A program made the position numbers and the translations under genes. This document shows, one piece after another, positions 56,565-59,955 of a stretch of 59,955 nt of DNA. The notes beneath the pieces were generated by a model. The model saw only the letters and a list, made by a program, of their open reading frames with translations, was not told the origin of the DNA and searched no databases. Source of the stretch: Candidatus Parcubacteria bacterium. GTDB taxonomy: Bacteria > Patescibacteriota > Minisyncoccia > Phycocordibacterales > JBAYGS01. How positions within the stretch are numbered: the first letter of the stretch is position 1; each line of letters starts with the position of its first letter. Where the stretch lies: the NCBI GenBank assembly GCA_039795895.1, contig JBDKKW010000004.1, positions 1 to 59,955 of the forward strand, written 5' to 3'.

Positions 56565-56686
56565 GAAGCAAGAGAGAAAAGAAGTAAGAGAGTAAAATCC
56601 GTAAAGGGAGGCGCCTTAGGCGCCTCCCTTTACGGATTTCTCTTTCTGGTCTTTCTCGCTCTCTTGCTTACCATCTCTCTTGCTTT
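56565..56686. repeat. Intergenic palindrome between infC and rpmI
   Basis: AAATCCGTAAAGGGAGGCGCC-tta-GGCGCCTCCCTTTACGGATTT with AAGCAAGAGAG / CTCTCTTGCTT arms. Confidence 0.8.
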
Positions 56687-56739
56687 TATAGGCAAGATGG
56701 TATATGATAGCCACTCATACAAACAGGCCCTAAACCTAT

Positions 56740-56928
56740 ATGAAAACCAACAAATCATACAGTAAGCGCATCAAAGTCACCAAGAACGGCAAGCTCGTCG
56801 CTCGAGTGGCTGGTCAGGGTCACTTCAACGCAAAGGAAAGTGGCAGTAATCAGATGGCAAAAAACCGATCGGTTTTGATCCATATGAGCAACAAAGCAAA
56901 GTCACGCTTCCTCCCGTCTTCTCACTAA
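56740..56928 (+). CDS. rpmI: 50S ribosomal protein L35
   Basis: MKTNKSYSKRIKVTKNGK...H; between infC and rplT. Confidence 0.92.
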   Translation: MKTNKSYSKRIKVTKNGKLVARVAGQGHFNAKESGSNQMAKNRSVLIHMSNKAKSRFLPSSH

Positions 56929-56949
56929 TTTTTTAATTTTTAAACTACC

Positions 56950-57294
56950 ATGACCCGAGTCAAAAAAGCAGTAAACGCCCTGAAAGGCCGACGAAATACA
57001 CTCAAGCTCGTAAAGGGCTATCGTTTCCGCCGAAGTACCAATGAACGTGCTGCGCAGGAAGCAATCTTCCACGCTGGTGCATACGCATTTGCACACCGAC
57101 GAGACAAGAAAGGCGACTTCCGACGACTATGGAATGTCCGTATCAGTGCTTTCGTAAAAGCAAACGGTACTTCATACAGTAAGTTTATGGGAGCTCTCAA
57201 AAAGAAAAACATCTTGGTTGACCGAAAGATTCTCTCAACCCTAGCTTCAGAATATCCAGAGACGATGAAGCGAGTAATGGCAAAAGTAGCCTAA
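56950..57294 (+). CDS. rplT: 50S ribosomal protein L20
   Basis: MTRVK, KGY, RRDKKGDFRRLWNVRI, DRKILS. Confidence 0.97.
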   Translation: MTRVKKAVNALKGRRNTLKLVKGYRFRRSTNERAAQEAIFHAGAYAFAHRRDKKGDFRRLWNVRISAFVKANGTSYSKFMGALKKKNILVDRKILSTLASEYPETMKRVMAKVA

Positions 57295-57330
57295 CTAACA
57301 AAAAACTCCCGCTCGGGAGTTTTTTGTTAG
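57295..57330. terminator. Bidirectional terminator
   Basis: CTAACAAAAAACTCCCG-ct-CGGGAGTTTTTTGTTAG. Confidence 0.8.
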
Positions 57331-57345
57331 CTTTTCTTTACCAAA

Positions 57346-58356
57346 TTATTTAAAGACACAAACAACTATCTTTGGGTGCAGATTGTTCGCGCCGGAGGTT
57401 GGAACTGTCAGATCGAGAGTTTTAACAATCTTAAACTTTGACTGAGCAAGTAGCGACTCCAAAAGAGCGTGCTCACTCGTATAGACCACAAGCACTCCTT
57501 TAGCTTTCAACACAGACTCACTATACTCAACAAAATGTGCGTACAACGCTCGCAAATCCTCCCCTTTCGAGACCTGCATACCGAAAGGCAGATCAGATGC
57601 AATGGCATCAAATTTACCCAAAGCCGGTCGAGTAGCGATATCAGCATTATGAAAAGTAACCGACTTGAGCAAACCCGCTTTCTTCACATTTTTCACCGCG
57701 AGCGCAATACTCGTACCATTGGTATCAAAACCAACCAGCTTGAGCTCGCTATTCGTAATCCCCGCCTCTACCAAAAGCGTTCCGCTTCCCGAAAAAATAT
57801 TGAGATACGACTTAGCAGAATCTAGTCGACAAAAAGTGTTCATCGCATATGCCGTGGTCGGATTCAGTCCGCCTTTAATATTGGCAACACGATAGTCTCG
57901 CACCGACAACGGCCTTGCAGTAAGACGCACCCCCACCTCCCACACTCCGAGTGATTTACCGATATACATCTCCATATCTGCCTCTTCGGCCAAGACCAAT
58001 TTGTATCGCGTGGTGATAAAGTGATGGATCTTTCGGATCTCATCAGACTGCGAACCAGCACAACTCAAATGATAGGTACGAAACGTGTCATTTTTGAGAG
58101 CGGTATCCACAAGGTCACCGAGAATTGATTTGTGATCAGAGATTTCAGATGGATTGAGTCGGTCACCTCGACGTATCGCGTAGACATTCAAAACACTTCG
58201 CAGAGCGCCCACATCCGACAAAGAAGAAGTAGCATCAAGATATATCTTTTCTGTATGCGTCTCAAACACGCGCACGTTTGGGTACTGCGCGATTTCAGCT
58301 AGCACCACTTCCTGTAGTCCAGGAACAAAGGTAAGTTTCAACAAAATAGGTGACAT
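57346..58356 (-). CDS. THUMP-type (UPF0020/Trm14-like) RNA methyltransferase
   Basis: PGLQEV, LSVRDYR, FSGSGTLLVEA, SDLPFG. Confidence 0.85.
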   Translation of the reverse strand: MSPILLKLTFVPGLQEVVLAEIAQYPNVRVFETHTEKIYLDATSSLSDVGALRSVLNVYAIRRGDRLNPSEISDHKSILGDLVDTALKNDTFRTYHLSCAGSQSDEIRKIHHFITTRYKLVLAEEADMEMYIGKSLGVWEVGVRLTARPLSVRDYRVANIKGGLNPTTAYAMNTFCRLDSAKSYLNIFSGSGTLLVEAGITNSELKLVGFDTNGTSIALAVKNVKKAGLLKSVTFHNADIATRPALGKFDAIASDLPFGMQVSKGEDLRALYAHFVEYSESVLKAKGVLVVYTSEHALLESLLAQSKFKIVKTLDLTVPTSGANNLHPKIVVCVFK

Positions 58357-58411
58357 AGACGCAATGGTACCTGACAATCTCAAATTGTCTACTATACCCA
58401 GAGACTAGTAT

Positions 58412-59773
58412 TTACTGTATCTCAACAACCTCCCCCGCTTCTGGTACCACCGCGATAACGCCCAAATTGTCTCTCAATTTTTGAGCCAAGAAAAGCGAAG
58501 ATTTTGGTTCGCCCATTGCCACAAATACTTTTTTGAGTGTCGAAGTAGTAGCAGAGACAAATTCGACGAGATGATCTGAATCTTTGTGCGATGAGTACCC
58601 TTCAATCATTTCTATTCTTGCTCGAACTGGCACCTTATCACCATTAATAATCACCTCTTTATCCGCATTTTGGATTTCTCGCCCAAGAGTGCCGAGTGAT
58701 TGGAATCCTACCAGCAAGATAGTGCTTCTTGGATCTGGCAAAAAATATTTCTCGTGATTGACCACTCGTCCACCTTGCGACATACCTCCTCCCGCAATAA
58801 TAATCTTGGTGCCTGGAGTCTTTTCAATTCCTCGGGAATCAAATCCATCCACCGTAAATTTTAACTTTGGAAATTTAAAAATATCATCACCATGAGCGAT
58901 TTCGCCCTGCACTACTGGGTTAAAGTCGCGCACTCGACGACGGTAAATATCCGTCACCTTGATCGCAAGCGGCGAGTCGAGGAAAACTGGCACCGACGGC
59001 ACCTTGCCTGACTCAACCAGCTTATTGAGCTCATACAAAATCACTTGAGTGCGCTCGAGTGAAAACGCTGGGATGACCAATGTCCCCCCGCGAGCAATTG
59101 CCTCACGAACGATTTTTTCAAACCGTGCATCACGATCACTTTTCGACTCATGGTTTCTGTCGCCATAGACACTCTCCATCACCATATAGGTCGCATCAGT
59201 GACCGGCTCAGTATCTTTGAGGAGTGGCGTCGGACTATTCCCCAAATCACCGGTAAAGACCACTTTTTCGGGACCAATCTTAAATTCATACATCGTTGAA
59301 CCTAAAATGTGTCCAGAGTCTTTCAAAAACACCGAAGCACCTCCGGGAAGCGGGATGATATCGTGATACTCAAATCCTTTCCAAAGAGAAAAAGCTTTTT
59401 CGACATCCTTCTTTTCATAGAGCGGTAGTGTCCCCTCCTTGCGCGCATTTTGGTCGATGAGCTTGAGCGCATCATCGAGCATAATCACACTGATTTCTTT
59501 GGTGACATTGGTGCTATAAATTTTGCCCGAAAAACCATCTCGGACCAATTTACCAATACGACCGATATGGTCCATATGAGCGTGAGTCACTAACAGATAC
59601 TGGATTGATTTTGGATCGTAGGAAAAAGAAGTCGAGTTGATTTGATCCGCACCGTGTTCTCCTTGAAGCAATCCACAGTCTATGAGAGCATCAAAATCGG
59701 CAGTCTTGAGTACAAAATTGGCTCCGGTGACCGTACCGGCGCCCCCAGCAAAGGTGATGGTGAAGAGGGACAT
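58412..59773 (-). CDS. MBL-fold beta-CASP ribonuclease
   Basis: DCGLLQG, THAHMDHIG, GHILGS, TGDLG, MESVYG, PAFSLER, SSHKD. Confidence 0.92.
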   Translation of the reverse strand: MSLFTITFAGGAGTVTGANFVLKTADFDALIDCGLLQGEHGADQINSTSFSYDPKSIQYLLVTHAHMDHIGRIGKLVRDGFSGKIYSTNVTKEISVIMLDDALKLIDQNARKEGTLPLYEKKDVEKAFSLWKGFEYHDIIPLPGGASVFLKDSGHILGSTMYEFKIGPEKVVFTGDLGNSPTPLLKDTEPVTDATYMVMESVYGDRNHESKSDRDARFEKIVREAIARGGTLVIPAFSLERTQVILYELNKLVESGKVPSVPVFLDSPLAIKVTDIYRRRVRDFNPVVQGEIAHGDDIFKFPKLKFTVDGFDSRGIEKTPGTKIIIAGGGMSQGGRVVNHEKYFLPDPRSTILLVGFQSLGTLGREIQNADKEVIINGDKVPVRARIEMIEGYSSHKDSDHLVEFVSATTSTLKKVFVAMGEPKSSLFLAQKLRDNLGVIAVVPEAGEVVEIQ

Positions 59774-59955
59774 TGCAGAAGTATATAGTAAAAAGTAGAA
59801 AGTATAAAGGAAAACAAATTCCTAAGTCCTAATACCTAATTTCTAAACAGGGAGAGCAATTAAAAAATCCGCCGAGGGAGCGGATATGGCGAACCAACGA
59901 TCCAATTAAATAACCCCAGATGCGAGGTGAGGTTGGGTTGGGACCCAACCTCAAG

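Noticed and set aside
59860-59955. Hairpins at the right edge and a 13-bp match (AACCCCAGATGCG) to the 40578 terminator
   Set aside because: Truncated by the window edge. It could be the end of an RNA gene or repeat, but cannot be supported, and the short match may be chance.
1-59955. Alternative genetic code (UGA recoding as in Gracilibacteria/Absconditabacteria)
   Set aside because: Conserved genes are full length under code 11, and TGA serves as a stop in several genes.

Overview
This window looks like the chromosome of a Patescibacteria/CPR (Parcubacteria-like) bacterium. The assignment is inferred from the gene families, the compact type IV pilus/comF locus, the pervasive leaderless starts and the long tmRNA tag. 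Housekeeping genes: gatB, obgE, secA, murB, mutY, recG, ftsH, smpB+tmRNA, idi, infC-rpmI-rplT, NUDIX enzymes, an RNA methyltransferase and a beta-CASP nuclease. The left end holds a surface-protein cluster. It includes a giant (>1579 aa) fibre/adhesin ORF missed by the ORF track and a paralog; both start with the same cytoplasmic HTH domain and share a duplicated promoter. A complete T4P locus with two pilins follows. Also present: a class F sortase with an adjacent LPATG mini-protein, three tRNAs (two with anticodons rare in bacteria, Ser-ACT and Ile-TAT), and an ~11 kb TelA/vWA/OmpA/ABC/2OG-Fe island between recG and tRNA-Ile. Notable non-coding structure: cassettes after both Ser tRNAs that carry an antisense and a sense copy of that tRNA's 3' end; an orphan rod-like ncRNA candidate; a ~235 bp palindrome in the pilin leader; MITE-like palindromes; and a DnaA-box-like motif at fixed spacing upstream of surface-appendage promoters. 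Everything was read by eye; no database searches or folding computations were run.
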